A DNA stretch of 64,000 nucleotides. It comes from Ascidiella aspersa (Eukaryota). A model generated the notes under the pieces. It worked only from the letters and a program-made list of their open reading frames with translations, searched no databases and was not told where the DNA came from. The stretch spans positions 5,394,001-5,458,000 of the forward strand of contig OZ004608.1 of the NCBI GenBank assembly GCA_963924565.1, in the 5' to 3' direction. Of the stretch, positions 1 to 12,774 are shown one piece after another. The first letter of the stretch is position 1. Each line of letters opens with the position of its first letter. The translations under genes and the position numbers were made by a program.

Positions 1-1726
1 AACAGCACTTCAGCAGCAAAATAAACTTCTAGCGACTTGCCGAATCAGCTATTTATCAGGAAGGTAATAAACCTTAACAAAGTGTACAAACATTGACACA
101 AAAGCAAGAAGCTATGTGAATTCATTCTGAATTTTGTTCACATTTTGGTCAAACTATATACCTACTCTCAATGTATTTAGTGTTTATTTACCTATTCTCC
201 ATAGTTTTTAATTCACCTAGGACTCTGCCAACTCCTCCCTAAATCGCCTAAAATATCCATTTTTACTTAAAAATACTTATGCTCAATGCGAATCTTTCCT
301 TGAGGAATCACTACTTAAAGGCAAACAGCAATGTCGACCGCTTTAACCGCTTGACTTTCAGTGAAAACCGCACTGCTGGTTCATATACAACATTAAACAG
401 CCTTCGCCAAAGTGTGCTCGTAAAGCTACCTAGCCAAGGAGCGACGTTTAAGCACAGAGTCAACAAGAAGTTAATACAACATAGCACGAGAAACGATCAC
501 AGCACAGCAATCCAGTGGTCTAGCCTTGTTTGAGGTCTGCTGATCATCACATGAAACCTTGTGTCAATTATATGTGGTCCTGGATTAATGTGCTATTAGT
601 CAGCATAAATGTCTAAAATAAAACGCAAAATATCAGGGCTGTTTTTAACAGCGAAAGCGAAAAACCTGTAAAAGTAATAAGAGGACGTTTGTGACGTAAC
701 AGTGCACGCCAATTGGGCGAGCGTAGTATAACTGTGATACTAGTTAACTTTTTTCAAACGTGACGTTACAAAGTTACGTCATAACTGATGGCGCAAAACT
801 ACGTCAAAAATTGACGTCAAAAAGTCACATCTAAACGTGATGCCATAAAGATGAAGCCTTAAGAACACAACACAGTTCGTTTATTTTGTAAGTTTTAAAT
901 TGGATAGGTGTTACTTTTAGTGCCAAAAGCTACATTATAAATATGTTATCGATTCGCGCAAAGCGAAAAAGGCTTTTATATCGTTTAATTTGCCAACACA
1001 TTCACACCACATAACGGATACAACTGAACGCTTAGCCATATTGTACTGAAAGCAAATAACAGTCATTAACAAAATATCTAAAAGATTTAGGGTTTCCGTA
1101 TCACATACCGTCTGTAGCAAGCAATAATCCTTTTAACTAAACAAGCCAAGTGTAGGCCTATCGTCATTAAGCTGCAAAAATGCGCCTTAAATAGGAAAAA
1201 ACATCGAAAGTCTAGTCTATCAAAGAATCTATCAAAATTGGGGTCGTCAAAGAATATCTCCAAAAATATGTCTATAGGTTCTACCGAAAGGAACCCTAAA
1301 CTTAGCTAACAGTAGCCTAACACAATCAATCTTAGTTAGTAGTCGTATTTCTAAATATTTGGTGGCACAGTTGAACGACAAACTCTACTGCAGTGTCATG
1401 TTCCTACTATATTACATTCTAATTTAGACCTTATTAAGCGCGATTGTGCTGTTGTAATACTAACTCTCGTTAACCATTGCCACCTAATTGCAACAACCTA
1501 TAAAGCAATATAATCTAAACTCTGAAACAGCCTACTTCCCTTTAGTTTCGTTGCATGTTACAGTGTACGGTTTACCTAGCCCAAGCCACTACACAAAGTG
1601 CTAGAAACTAAGCAGACGCGAGACGCGCTCACCGGAACGCTAATCCACAAAAGCACAGTTTCAGCTCGCAGCTCTACCCAGCTCACCAAGCGCTACCCTT
1701 GACCCGACAACTGCCGTCTGTAGGTG

Positions 1727-1736
1727 GGGAATTTCC
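1727..1736. promoter_or_regulatory. NF-kB consensus-like site GGGAATTTCC (copies near 7565, 13431, 37188)
   Basis: Exact match to GGGRNWYYCC. The 7565 and 13431 copies lie ~1 kb upstream of the type-A ATGs. Motif match only. Confidence 0.25.
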
Positions 1737-4700
1737 AGGCGTTTTCGAGCACCAAAGAACACGGCCGCTTTGAAAACGGCCAGCCCACTTCATAGGATTT
1801 ATTTTGAGCCCTTCAACCAGCAAATGTGCAAAAAGAGACCAAGATAAAGCATAAAATACTAGTAGGCTACTTCTGAAGTGAAATATAACCCTCAAAAGGG
1901 TAGAAATTGATTTAAAATTTGATTTCACTTTAGAGTCGATCGGTTTGCTTTTTCAGGCGTATTTTAACACCACAACACCTGGCCGCTTTATAATCCTTAT
2001 TAAGAGCAATTCAACCAACTAGGTATAGAAAGCTACTCAAACTGCGAACAAAATACTAGTAGGTTAACTTTGAAATAAAACATAACCCTCGAAAGGCTAG
2101 AAATTGACCCAAAACTTAATTTCAAGTAAGAGCCGGCCGTTTTGCAGAGTGGCCATTTAGCCTTTAAGAGCGCCAAGGCAATAACACAGGGGAGAAAAGC
2201 GAGCGATGCCAACGCGTGGGCGCCGCAGACCTCGTGCCTTTGCCAGCATAAAATTGCGCCACACGCGAATAGACAAACACGAACCCCTAAAAGCTGCCTT
2301 GGTGATAACTGAACAAACCGTAATCTGTGTTTTGCTGAGCTCGCTAAAATAGGTCGGCCTATACTTCTTTTATGTTTTAAAAGCATGACTATGTGTTGTC
2401 GGCATGGATGTTTTCAGTGATTTTACACAGCTTTAAACTAATGGGCTTGTAGCTATAATGCGTAGTCATAAACAATAATCCCAAATACCTGCAACTATGT
2501 AAAAGCGTGGATTAATATAATAATATGACAAGTTTGGGCCTTATAATATAATATGACAAGTTTAGGCCTTATTTAAAAATGACAGAAATCTATGCAAAGG
2601 TGTCGGTTTACCTTTTTTGTTACACATGTTACTCGTATTAAGGAAAACTGCAATCGCTTTAATTTAAACCGTTACAATTGCTCAATAATACTTCCTGCAA
2701 CTTATAGAGACGCTTACTTCTCAACCAGTGCAAATTGCTGAAGCGAAATGATGAACCAGTGCAAATTGCTGAAGCGAAACTGCTGTCAGCCTTCAACCTC
2801 GCTTAACAATTGGCAATAAAACTCCCTTTGGGCCGCTTTTTGAAACGCAGGCAGTTCTTTTATTACTGCGAGAATGTAAAGTGTTTCTATATCTTAACTA
2901 AAATTAAAGTTATGGCGACACAATTATTTTTACTGATCTTTTCGTAAGAAATCAAAACTTAAGACTTTGGCAAACACAAGCACGAATTTAAATAATTTTA
3001 GCCAAGTATGCGTAAAGTTTCCGCAATTTTCTTAAGTATTCGAAAAATCTTGAGCAGAAAAAATCTCAATAAATCTAATCATACAAAAGTCTGGCATTAC
3101 CCTAAAACTGCCACGTTATAGTTTGGTTCACGACCTATGGGTTGGGAACAAAGATTCCACGCGTTCTGAGTTACTTTATTCTGTCGTTATAATAATCTTT
3201 ATGACTTCCCTTAACAACGCGCATGCATGGTTTTCCAAACAACCTTAGTTTTTTGAAACTTTTGTGCATTAAGTCCTTCTGAAACAGTCGCTTATTATCA
3301 TTGCTGTTTTGAAGCAAAAACCTATAAAAATCGTTAGCCAATACAGCATATCGAAAAATTGGAACTTCAGCGTTTGCTTCTCAAGTAAACTACGGAACAA
3401 AATTCGAAGCATACCAGCTTCGCTTAACTTGACTCATAAAACACTTCCCCTTTTCGTTTTTAAGGCATGACGTCATTGTCACATGGCGGCCACGCATCAC
3501 TGAGCAGAGACATATCTGGTATACACTCAACACACTGCACGAAGCTCTTCAAAAGCAACAGGCCAGCGCTTTCTAAACGACATTTGTGCCATTTCCAAAC
3601 TAAAGGTGGGGAACATTTAGCTGATTTCTCTCCAATTGCCAAAAAAGTCAAAACAAACCTTAAAAGCGAGTTTTAAAAACAGTCGATTTGACCGAATTAA
3701 CCAACTAAACTATAATGTAGTGCAAGGTTGGATTGAAGAGTTCAGTAAAAACGATTGTAAAGGCTACCCATTAAAGTTCTTATGATTGCACTGCCTACCA
3801 TCGAACTTTACATGGCTTTGTTACGGTTGGTGTAGCGTCCTATTTACATTTTAACTCATTTCCTTTATTAAAACTGAATAATAAATACAACTTCTGAGCG
3901 CCTTTTGCAACAAGTATTATGCGGGAAACGATTTTTTATTCAGCTGATATTGCAGGGTTTAATTGTTCATCGCGGGTCTATTTATTTATTTTATTTCCCG
4001 TTTATATTCCATACTATGATCACAAAACCGCTTATATGACCAGAGGTAAAACGGAAATTCTTTTCGCGCTTCGCGCGAATCTCTTCTGTGTTGCTCGTAT
4101 GTTCCACGCGATTTTTTTGGCAACTTGACGGACAAATAACGTCCTCTGCTCAGTGGCACTCTCTCCAACGAAAGTTTAACAAACTTAGCCTAATATTTAA
4201 AATTTATATAAATATTACGTTAAGTTTGTTAAACTTTGTAGCACATCGGTAACTTAAAGTTTTAAAAAAGAAGAAAAAACCTATAGGTAAGTTTTTCGTA
4301 CGAAATTTCAAGGTATTTTAATCTTAAGTTGTGGGTCAACGCGCCCACAACTTAATAAACGCTAATATATCAAGCAATATACATTTTTAGTCGGTGCTCA
4401 ATGCTTCACGTACCATCTAAATCTAAATTAAATTTGCATTTTCAAACAAATATAGTCGCAAATTTTTCGCGCTCCGCGCGACGTTTCGTGACTCTCTTTA
4501 AATCAGACTTAAATTGCACGTTTTCGCACAACTCTAAACGTAATAACAAATTGGTTGATTATTTGTTTTACACCGTCAGAGTATGACGTCATATTGTATG
4601 TATTTTAGATCCTATATTTGACCCGGCCCGCCACAATATTTTAGGTTTCTCATGCGGCCCGCGGCTAAAAATAATTGCCCACCCCTGGTATAAGGCCTCG

Positions 4701-5942
4701 TCAGTACAAAAGCCGAAATTTACAAGGCCGATACAGTCACTATATTAATCCCTAATTTGAATATGATCGCGTTTGGTATTTTACTTTACCTATGCTTGTT
4801 TTGTAGAAATATGCTGTTTTTAAAAAAATGTTACCGCGGCACATTTCTTTTCCATTAAGAGTTTCCCCCAGTTGAATTTAAAACAGTATATAAAACGAAA
4901 CAATTGTTGGCTTTACTATGGTTGTTTAGTTATGTTTCTTGCAATCGGTTCGGTTAGTTTGGTAACCGTTCGTCTTTCTGTTAAAGCAAATTGCACCGTC
5001 ATTGTATTACTGTATGTTCGGACACGAACTCGCTTTCACTTTCTTCAATGTAATGAGCTTCGGTGAAATTTATCTTCGCAGCAGGGCAAGGTCTCTTTGC
5101 AAATTGGAATCAAACTAACAATCGCGGGGTAACCTTTTGTTTTTAGTATGAATTGGTTTTTGATATCGATTCCAATAATTTTCTAGCAAAAAGTATTGCC
5201 ATCTTATTACATGACAAATGACGCCATTTTACATTAGCGTTACCTTATACTTCCTATTTTTCAATTAAGTTTACTTAAAAACGATGGATCGTAAGTCAGG
5301 GTTAACATGGGTATATCGGTTTGTTTTGGGATTTGACTCGACGCTGCCCAAGTATATGACGAGTACTGATATCACCACTCACGATTAGTTTATCTTCACC
5401 TAATAAATCGCAATGAATCGATATAATAATAACTATACATAACTATGATATGACCGCAAACTCATAATTTAACAAGTAAACTTTATTGTTTAAGCAACTA
5501 CAATTGATGCACACTTGAATATATAATGGGACAAAAAACAAACACATATATATCTCATGAAATATTTACTTTTTCTCGGTTCGGTAATTCTACAACACCT
5601 GATTTTGTATACTTATGGTTATACACAGCTAGAGTGAAGGTGGTGAGAAGCTGTAGATGCGAAAACCAATGCAGAAATACTTAAGCACGCAGACGAGGCG
5701 ATAAACATGCAAACGTTAAGTGAACAGTTATCTTTATATTTAAATTTCGTAAAAGCAAGGTAAGTATTTTAAGAAGCACATAACGAACAAATATAAATAA
5801 TCATTTCAGGAGCACGATTACTTATGCAAGATTATTTATTAAACATTTTAGACAAACACAATTAAGCCTCAATACTAAAACAAATTGATAATCGCATGTT
5901 TTTCAATATTGTGTTAAAAGGGATATATTAAAGATCAGCGAA

Positions 5943-6547
5943 TTAAAGTGTTGTATTAAGCGAAGATTTCCACCAAGAGTTTCTCCAACCTTCGGGGCTA
6001 ACGCAACGACTAACCCATCTCACCAAGTCAGGCCCGAAAGTGTTGGCCAAGTAGATGGCAGCTTGGTTCAAATCAATTCTATTCGCCGAAGTAATTAGAC
6101 CGGGAACACCTTCAACAGAAACATATTGTTTCACCTCCACATGCGTCTCAACCTTCCAAGAGCCATTTGGTTGAACACGACCGCAGCACTTTTCCATTCC
6201 TGGGCCCCGAAGTACGAAGGCAATATTCTTCATCATTGTATCGCTGTAGTTAGATCGGAATGCAACTGCTATATTTTCCGTGCCGCAAGCTCCTGTGAAT
6301 ATTCTCTTAAGAGCCCAATCCACGTCATTCCAATAAGACGGGATGGGTTGGCCGTCTGACACCCTCAGCAATCCACAATTTCCAGCCAGAAAGGTACCAC
6401 TGGCATCAGGCCCATAGTTTACGTGCCACATTGTTCCGTTTTTCATTCCGTTCTCCGAGTACAGCGCTTCGTTCCATTTCCATAATGCCCGGGAATATTC
6501 GGAAGCGATAAGCGAAACGACCACCTCTCGAAAGACACTACCGCCAT
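5943..6547 (-). pseudogene. Orphan family type A copy 1, 1-bp frameshift
   Basis: Near-identical to 11808-12413 but reads GCTTCGTTCCATTTCC (~6466-6481) instead of GCTTCGTTTCCATTTCC. The ATG at 6547 is therefore out of frame with the EALYSE... body. Could be a consensus error. Confidence 0.8.
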
Positions 6548-6757
6548 TTTCAAACTAAAAATGCCTGCGCTACAACAAAAAGTTACAAGTTAAATAATAA
6601 ATTTACATTCAGTATGTTTGGTATTGCATTTGCACTCGGCAGATTTTTCAAGGTTAAATGAAAACTAAAATTAAATATTTTAACCTTTTTCAAATAAGGT
6701 TAGAATTGCAATTGCAAAACTCGCGAAAGCTACAAATCTAATTAGAATTACCTTTAA

Positions 6758-6908
6758 TTTATTCAATGAAACATATGCACACACATATGAGTGTTAACAA
6801 CTGAGATCTAGCCCTTCTAAAGCTGCTTTCTGACCAACGATTACGGCTTACATATCTCAGTCGGTAGAGCGACGGTCCCGGCTTGACCGGAGTCGTGAGT
6901 TCGAACCT
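6758..6908 (+). mobile_element. Truncated left arm of a TIR element carrying a tRNA-derived head (A box, B box)
   Basis: 6845-6908 has TCTCAGTCGGTAGAGC (A box), a CGGTC-7nt-GACCG anticodon-like arm and GAGTTCGAACCT (B box), but no 3' acceptor strand. The 5' part matches 29082-29170 and 30828-30915. Confidence 0.75.
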
Positions 6909-9900
6909 AAAATATCTAAAAGATTTAGGGTTTCCGTATCACATACCTTCTGTAGCAAGCAATAATCCCCTTTAACTAACAAGCCAAGTGTAGGCCTATC
7001 GACATTAAGCTGCAAAAATGCGCCTTAAATAGGAAAAAACATCAAAAGTCTAGTCTATCAAAGAATCTATCAAAATTGGGGTCGTCAAAGAATATCTCCA
7101 AAAATATGTCTATAGGTTCTACCGAAAGAAACCTTAAACTTAGCTAACAGTAGCCTAACACAATCAATCTTAGTTAGTAGTCGTATTTCTAAATATTTGG
7201 TGGCACAGTTGAACGACAAACTCTACTGCAGTGTCACGTTCCTACTATATTACATTCTTATTTCGACCTTATAAAGCGCGATTGTGCTGTTGTAATACTA
7301 ACTCTCGTTAACCATTGCCACCTAATTGCAACAACCTATCAAGCAATATAATCTAAACTCTGAAACAGCCTACTTCCCTTTAGTTTCGTTGCATGTCACA
7401 GTGTACGGTTTACTTAGCCCAAGCCACTACACAAAGTGCTAGAAACTAAGCAGACACGAGACGCGCTTACCGGAACGCCAAACCACAAAAGCACAGTTTT
7501 AGCTCGCAGCTCTATCCAGCTCACCAAGCGCTACGCTTGACCCGACAACTGCCGTCTGTAGGTGGGGAATTTCCAGGCGTTTTCGAGCACCAAAGAACGC
7601 GGCCGCTTTGAAAACGGCCAGCCCACTTCATAGGCTTCAGTTTGAGCCCTTCAACCAGCAAATGTGCAAAAAGAGACCAAGATAAAGCATAAAATACTAG
7701 TAGGCTACTTCTGAAGTGAAATATAACCCTCAAAAGGGTAGAAATTGATTTAAAATTTGATTTCACTTTAGAGTCGATCGGTTTGCTTTTTCAGGCGTAT
7801 TTTAACACCACAACACCTGGCCGCTTTATAATCCTTATTAAGAGCAATTCAACCAACTAGGTATAGAAAGCTACTCAAACTGGGAACAAAATACTAGTAG
7901 GTTAACTTTGAAATAAAATATAACCCTCGAAAGGCTAGAAATTGACCCAAAACTTAATTTCAAGTAAGAGCCGGCCGTTTTGCAGAGTGGCCATTTAGCC
8001 TTTAAGAGCGCCAAGGCAATAACACAGGGGAGAAAAGCGAGCGATGCCAACGCGTGGGCGCCGCAGACCTCGTGCCTTTGCCAGCATAAAATTGCGCCAC
8101 ACGCGAATAGACAAACACGAACCCCTAAAAGCTGCCTTGGTGATAACTGAACAAACCGTAATCTACGTTTTGCTGAGCTCGCTAAAATAGGTCGGCCTAT
8201 ACTTCTTTTATGTTTTAAAAGCATGACTATGTGTTGTCGGCATGGATGTTTTCAGTGATTTTACACAGCTTTAAACTAATGGGCTTGTAGCTATAATGCG
8301 TAGTCATAAATAATAATCCCAAATACCTGCAACTATGTAAAAGCTTGGATTAATATAATAATATGACAAGTTTAGGCCTTATAATATAATATGACAAGTT
8401 TAGGCCTTATTTAAAAATGACAGAAATCTATGCAAAGGTGTCGGTTTACCTTTTTTGTTACACATGTTACTCGTATTAAGGAAAACTGCAATCGCTTTAA
8501 TTTAAACCGTTACAATTGCTCAATAATACTTCCTGCAACTTATAGAGACGCTTACTTCTCAACCAGTGCAAATTGCTGAAGCGAAATGATGAACCAGTGC
8601 AAATTGCTGAAGCGAAACTGCTGTCAGCCTTCAACCTCGCTTAACAATTGGCAATAAAACTCCCTTTGGGCCGCTTTTTGAAACGCAGGCAGTTCTTTTA
8701 TTACTGCGAGAATGTAAAGTGTTTCTATATCTTAACTAAAATTAAAGTTATGGCGACACAATTATTTTTACTGATCTTTTCGTAAGAAATCAAAACTTAA
8801 GACTTTGGCAAACACAAGCACGAATTTAAATAATTTTAGCCAAGTATGCGTAAAGTTTCCGCAATTTTCTTAAGTATTCGAAAAATCTTGAGCAGAAAAA
8901 ATCTCAATAAATCTAATCATACAAAAGTCTGGCATTACCCTAAAACTGCCACGTTATAGTTTGGTTCACGACCTATGGGTTGGGAACAAATGATTCCACG
9001 CGTTCTGAGTTACTTTATTCTGTCGTTATAATAATCTTTATGACTTCCCTTAACAACGCGCATGCATGGTTTTCCAAACAACCTTAGTTTTTTGAAACTT
9101 TTGTGCATTAAGTCCTTCTGAAACAGTCGCTTATTATCATTGCTGTTTTGAAGCAAAAACCTATAAAAATCGTTAGCCAATACAGCATATCGAAAAATTG
9201 GAACTTCAGCGTTTGCTTCTCAAGTAAACTACGGAACAAAATTCGAAGCATACCAGCTTCGCTTAACTTGACTCATAAAACACTTCCCCTTTTCGTTTTT
9301 AAGGCATGACGTCAATGTCACATGGCGGCCACGCATCACTGAGCAGAGACATATCTGGTATACACTCAACACACTGCACGAAGCTCTTCAAAAGCAACAG
9401 GCCAGCGCTTTCTAAACGACATTTGTGCCATTTCCAAACTAAAGGTGGGGAACATTTAGCTGATTTATCTCCAATTGCCAAAAAAGTCAAAACAAACCTT
9501 AAAAGCGAGTTTTAAAAACAGTCGATTTGACCGAATTAACCAACTAAACTATAATGTAGTGCAAGGTTGGATTGAAGAGTTCAGTAAAAACGATTGTAAA
9601 GGCTACCCATTAAAGTTCTTATGATTGCACTGCCTACCCTCGAACTCCACATGCCTTTGTTACGGTTGGTGTAGCGTCTTATTTACATTTTAACTCATTT
9701 CCTTTATTAAAACTGAATAATAAATACAACTTCTGAGCGCCTTTTGCAACAAGTATTATGCGGGAAACGATTTTTTATTCAGCTGATATTGCAGGGTTTA
9801 ATTGTTCATCGCGGGTCTATTTATTTATTTTATTTCCCGTTCATATTCCATACTATGATCACAAAACCGCTTATATGACCAGAGGTAAAACGGAAATTCT

Positions 9901-11807
9901 TTTCGCGCTTCGCGCGAATCTCTTCTGTGTTGCTCGTATGTTCCACGCGATTTTTTTGGCAACTTGACGGACAAATAGCGTCCTCTGCTCAGTGGCACTC
10001 TCTCCAACGAAAGTTTAACAAACTTAGCCTAATATTTAAAATTTATATAAATATTACGTTAAGTTTGTTAAACTTTGTAGCACATCGGTAACTTAAAGTT
10101 TTAAAAAAGAAGAAAAAACATATAGGTAAGTTTTTCGTACGAAATTTCAAGGTATTTTAATCTTAAGTTGTGGGTCAACGCGCCCACAACTTAATAAACG
10201 CTAATATATCAAGCAATATACATTTTTAGTCGGTGCTCAATGCTTCACGTACCATCTAAATCTAAATTAAAGTTTGCATTTTCAAACAAATATAGTCGCA
10301 AATTTTTCGCGCTCCGCGCGACGTTTCGTGACTCTCTTTAAATCAGACTTAAATTGCACGTTTTCGCACAACTCTAAACGTAATAACAAATTGGTTGATT
10401 ATTTGTTTTACACCGTCAGAGTATGACGTCATATTGTATGTATTTTAGATCCTATATTTGACCCGGCCCGCCACAATATTTTAGGTTTCTCATGCGGCCC
10501 GCGGCTAAAAATAATTGCCCACCCCTGGTATAAGGCCTCGTCAGTACAAAAGCCGAAATTTACAAGGCCGATACAGTCACTATATTAATCCCTAATTTGA
10601 ATATGATCGCGTTTGGTATTTTACTTTACCTATGCCTGTTTTGTAGAAATATGCTGTTTTTAAAAAAATGTTACCGCGGCACATTTCTTTTCCATTAAGA
10701 GTTTCCCCCAGTTGAATTTAAAACAGTAAATAAAACGAAACAATTGTTGGCTTTACTATGGTTGTTTAGTTATGTTTCTTGCAATCTGTTCGGTTAGTTT
10801 GGTAACCGCTCGTCTTTCTGTTAAAGCAAATTGCACCGTCATTGTATTACTGTATGTTCGGACACGAACTCGCTTTCACTTTCTTCAATGTAATGAGCTT
10901 CGGTGAAATTTATCTTCACAGCAGGGCAAGGTCTCTTTGCAAATTGGAATCAAACTAACAATCGCGGGGTAACCTTTTGTTTTTAGTATGAATTGGTTTT
11001 TGATATCGATTCCCATAATTTTCTAGCAAAAAGTATTGCCATCTTATTACATGACAAATGACGCCATTTTACATTAGCGTTACCTTATACTTCCTATTTT
11101 TCAATTAAGTTTACTTAAAAACGATGGATCGTAAGTCAGGGTTAACATGGGTATATCGGTTTGTTTTGGGATTTGACTCGACGCTGCCCAAGTATATGAC
11201 GAGTACTGATATCACCACTCACGATTAGTTTATCTTCACCTAATAAATCGCAATGAATCGATATAATAATAACTATACATAACTATGATATGACCGCAAA
11301 CTCAGTTTACAGAATGTGAACAATCACGATAATTTAACAAGTAAACTTTATTGTTTAGGCAACTACAATTGATGCACACTTGAATATATAATGCGACAAA
11401 AAACAAACACATATATATCTCATGAAATATTTACTTTTTCTCGGTTCGGTAATTCTACATCACCTGATTTTGTATACTTATGGTTATACACAGCTAGAGT
11501 GAAGGTGGTGAGAAGCTGTAGATGCGAAAACCAATGCAGAAATACTTAAGCACGCAGATGAGGCGATAAACATGCAAACGTTAAGTGAACAGTTATCTTT
11601 ATATTTAAATTTCGTAAAAGCAAGGTAAGTATTTTAAGAAGCACATAACGAACAAATATAAATAATCATTTCAGGAGCACGATTACTTATGCAAGATTAT
11701 TTATTAAACATTTTAGACAAACACAATTAAGCCTCAATACTAAAACAAATTGATAATCGCATGTTTTTCAATATTGTGTTAAAAGGGATATATTAAAGAT
11801 CAGCGAA

Positions 11808-12413
11808 TTAAAGTGTTGTATTAAGCGAAGATTTCCACCAAGAGTTTCTCCAACCTTCGGGGCTAACGCAACGACTAACCCATCTCACCAAGTCAGGCCC
11901 GAAAGTGTTGGCCAAGTAGATGGCAGCTTGGTTCAAATCAATTCTATTCGCCGAAGTAATTAGACCGGGAACACCTTCAACAGAAACATATTGTTTCACC
12001 TCCACATGCGTCTCAACCTTCCAAGAGCCATTTGGTTGAACATAACCGCAGCACTTTTCCATTCCCTGGCCCCGAAGTACGAAGGCAATATTCTTCATCA
12101 TTGTATCGCTGTAGTTAGATCGGAATGCAACTGCTATATTTTCCGTGCCGCAAGCTCCTGTGAATATTCTCTTAAGAGCCCAATCCACGTCATTCCAATA
12201 AGACGGGATGGGTTGGCCGTCTGACACCCTCAGCAATCCACAATTTCCAGCCAGAAAGGTACCACTGGCATCAGGCCCATAGTTTACGTGCCACATTGTT
12301 CCGTTTTTCATTCCGTTCTCCGAGTACAGCGCTTCGTTTCCATTTCCATAATGCCCGGGAATATTCGGAAGCGATAAGCGAAACGACCACCTCTCGAAAG
12401 ACACTACCGCCAT
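11808..12413 (-). CDS. Orphan family type A copy 2, 201 aa (MAVVSFERWSF...WWKSSLNTTL), function unknown
   Basis: Open frame from ATG 12413 (context AAAATGG), homologous to nine paralogs in the window. AATAAA on the minus strand at ~11347-11352. Confidence 0.85.
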   Translation of the reverse strand: MAVVSFERWSFRLSLPNIPGHYGNGNEALYSENGMKNGTMWHVNYGPDASGTFLAGNCGLLRVSDGQPIPSYWNDVDWALKRIFTGACGTENIAVAFRSNYSDTMMKNIAFVLRGQGMEKCCGYVQPNGSWKVETHVEVKQYVSVEGVPGLITSANRIDLNQAAIYLANTFGPDLVRWVSRCVSPEGWRNSWWKSSLNTTL

Positions 12414-12623
12414 TTTCAAACTAAAAATGCCTGCGCTACAACAAAAAGTTACAAGTTAAATAATAAATTTACATTCAGTATGTTTGGTATTGCATTTGCA
12501 CTCGGCAGATTTTTCAAGGTTAAATGAAAACTAAAATTAAATATTTTAACCTTTTTCAAATAAGGTTAGAATTGCAATTGCAAAACTCGCGAAAGCTACA
12601 AATCTAATTAGAATTACCTTTAA

Positions 12624-12774
12624 TTTATTCAATGAAACATATGCACACACATATGAGTGTTAACAACTGAGATCTAGCCCTTCTAAAGCTGCTTTCTGAC
12701 CAACGATTACGGCTTACATATCTCAGTCGGTAGAGCGACGGTCCCGGCTTGACCGGAGTCGTGAGTTCGAACCT
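12624..12774 (+). mobile_element. Second copy of the truncated TIR/tRNA-derived element
   Basis: Matches 6758-6908 and ends at the R2/R3 junction. Confidence 0.75.

Noticed and set aside
690-845. Cluster of TGACGT/ACGTCA (CRE-like) motifs
   Set aside because: Similar clusters at ~33255, ~34990 and ~36150 lie in dispersed repeat sequence, so they cannot be supported as a specific enhancer.
279-5066. Short ORFs (60-117 aa) recurring in each repeat unit
   Set aside because: Recurrence reflects recent DNA duplication. They have no motifs, many start at non-ATG codons, and frames break between copies (e.g. 2033-2386 vs 13826-14098 vs 37605-37832).
6845-6908. Possible tRNA gene
   Set aside because: No 3' acceptor strand, a non-canonical anticodon loop (CCGGCTT), and embedded in a dispersed repeat; tRNA-derived only.
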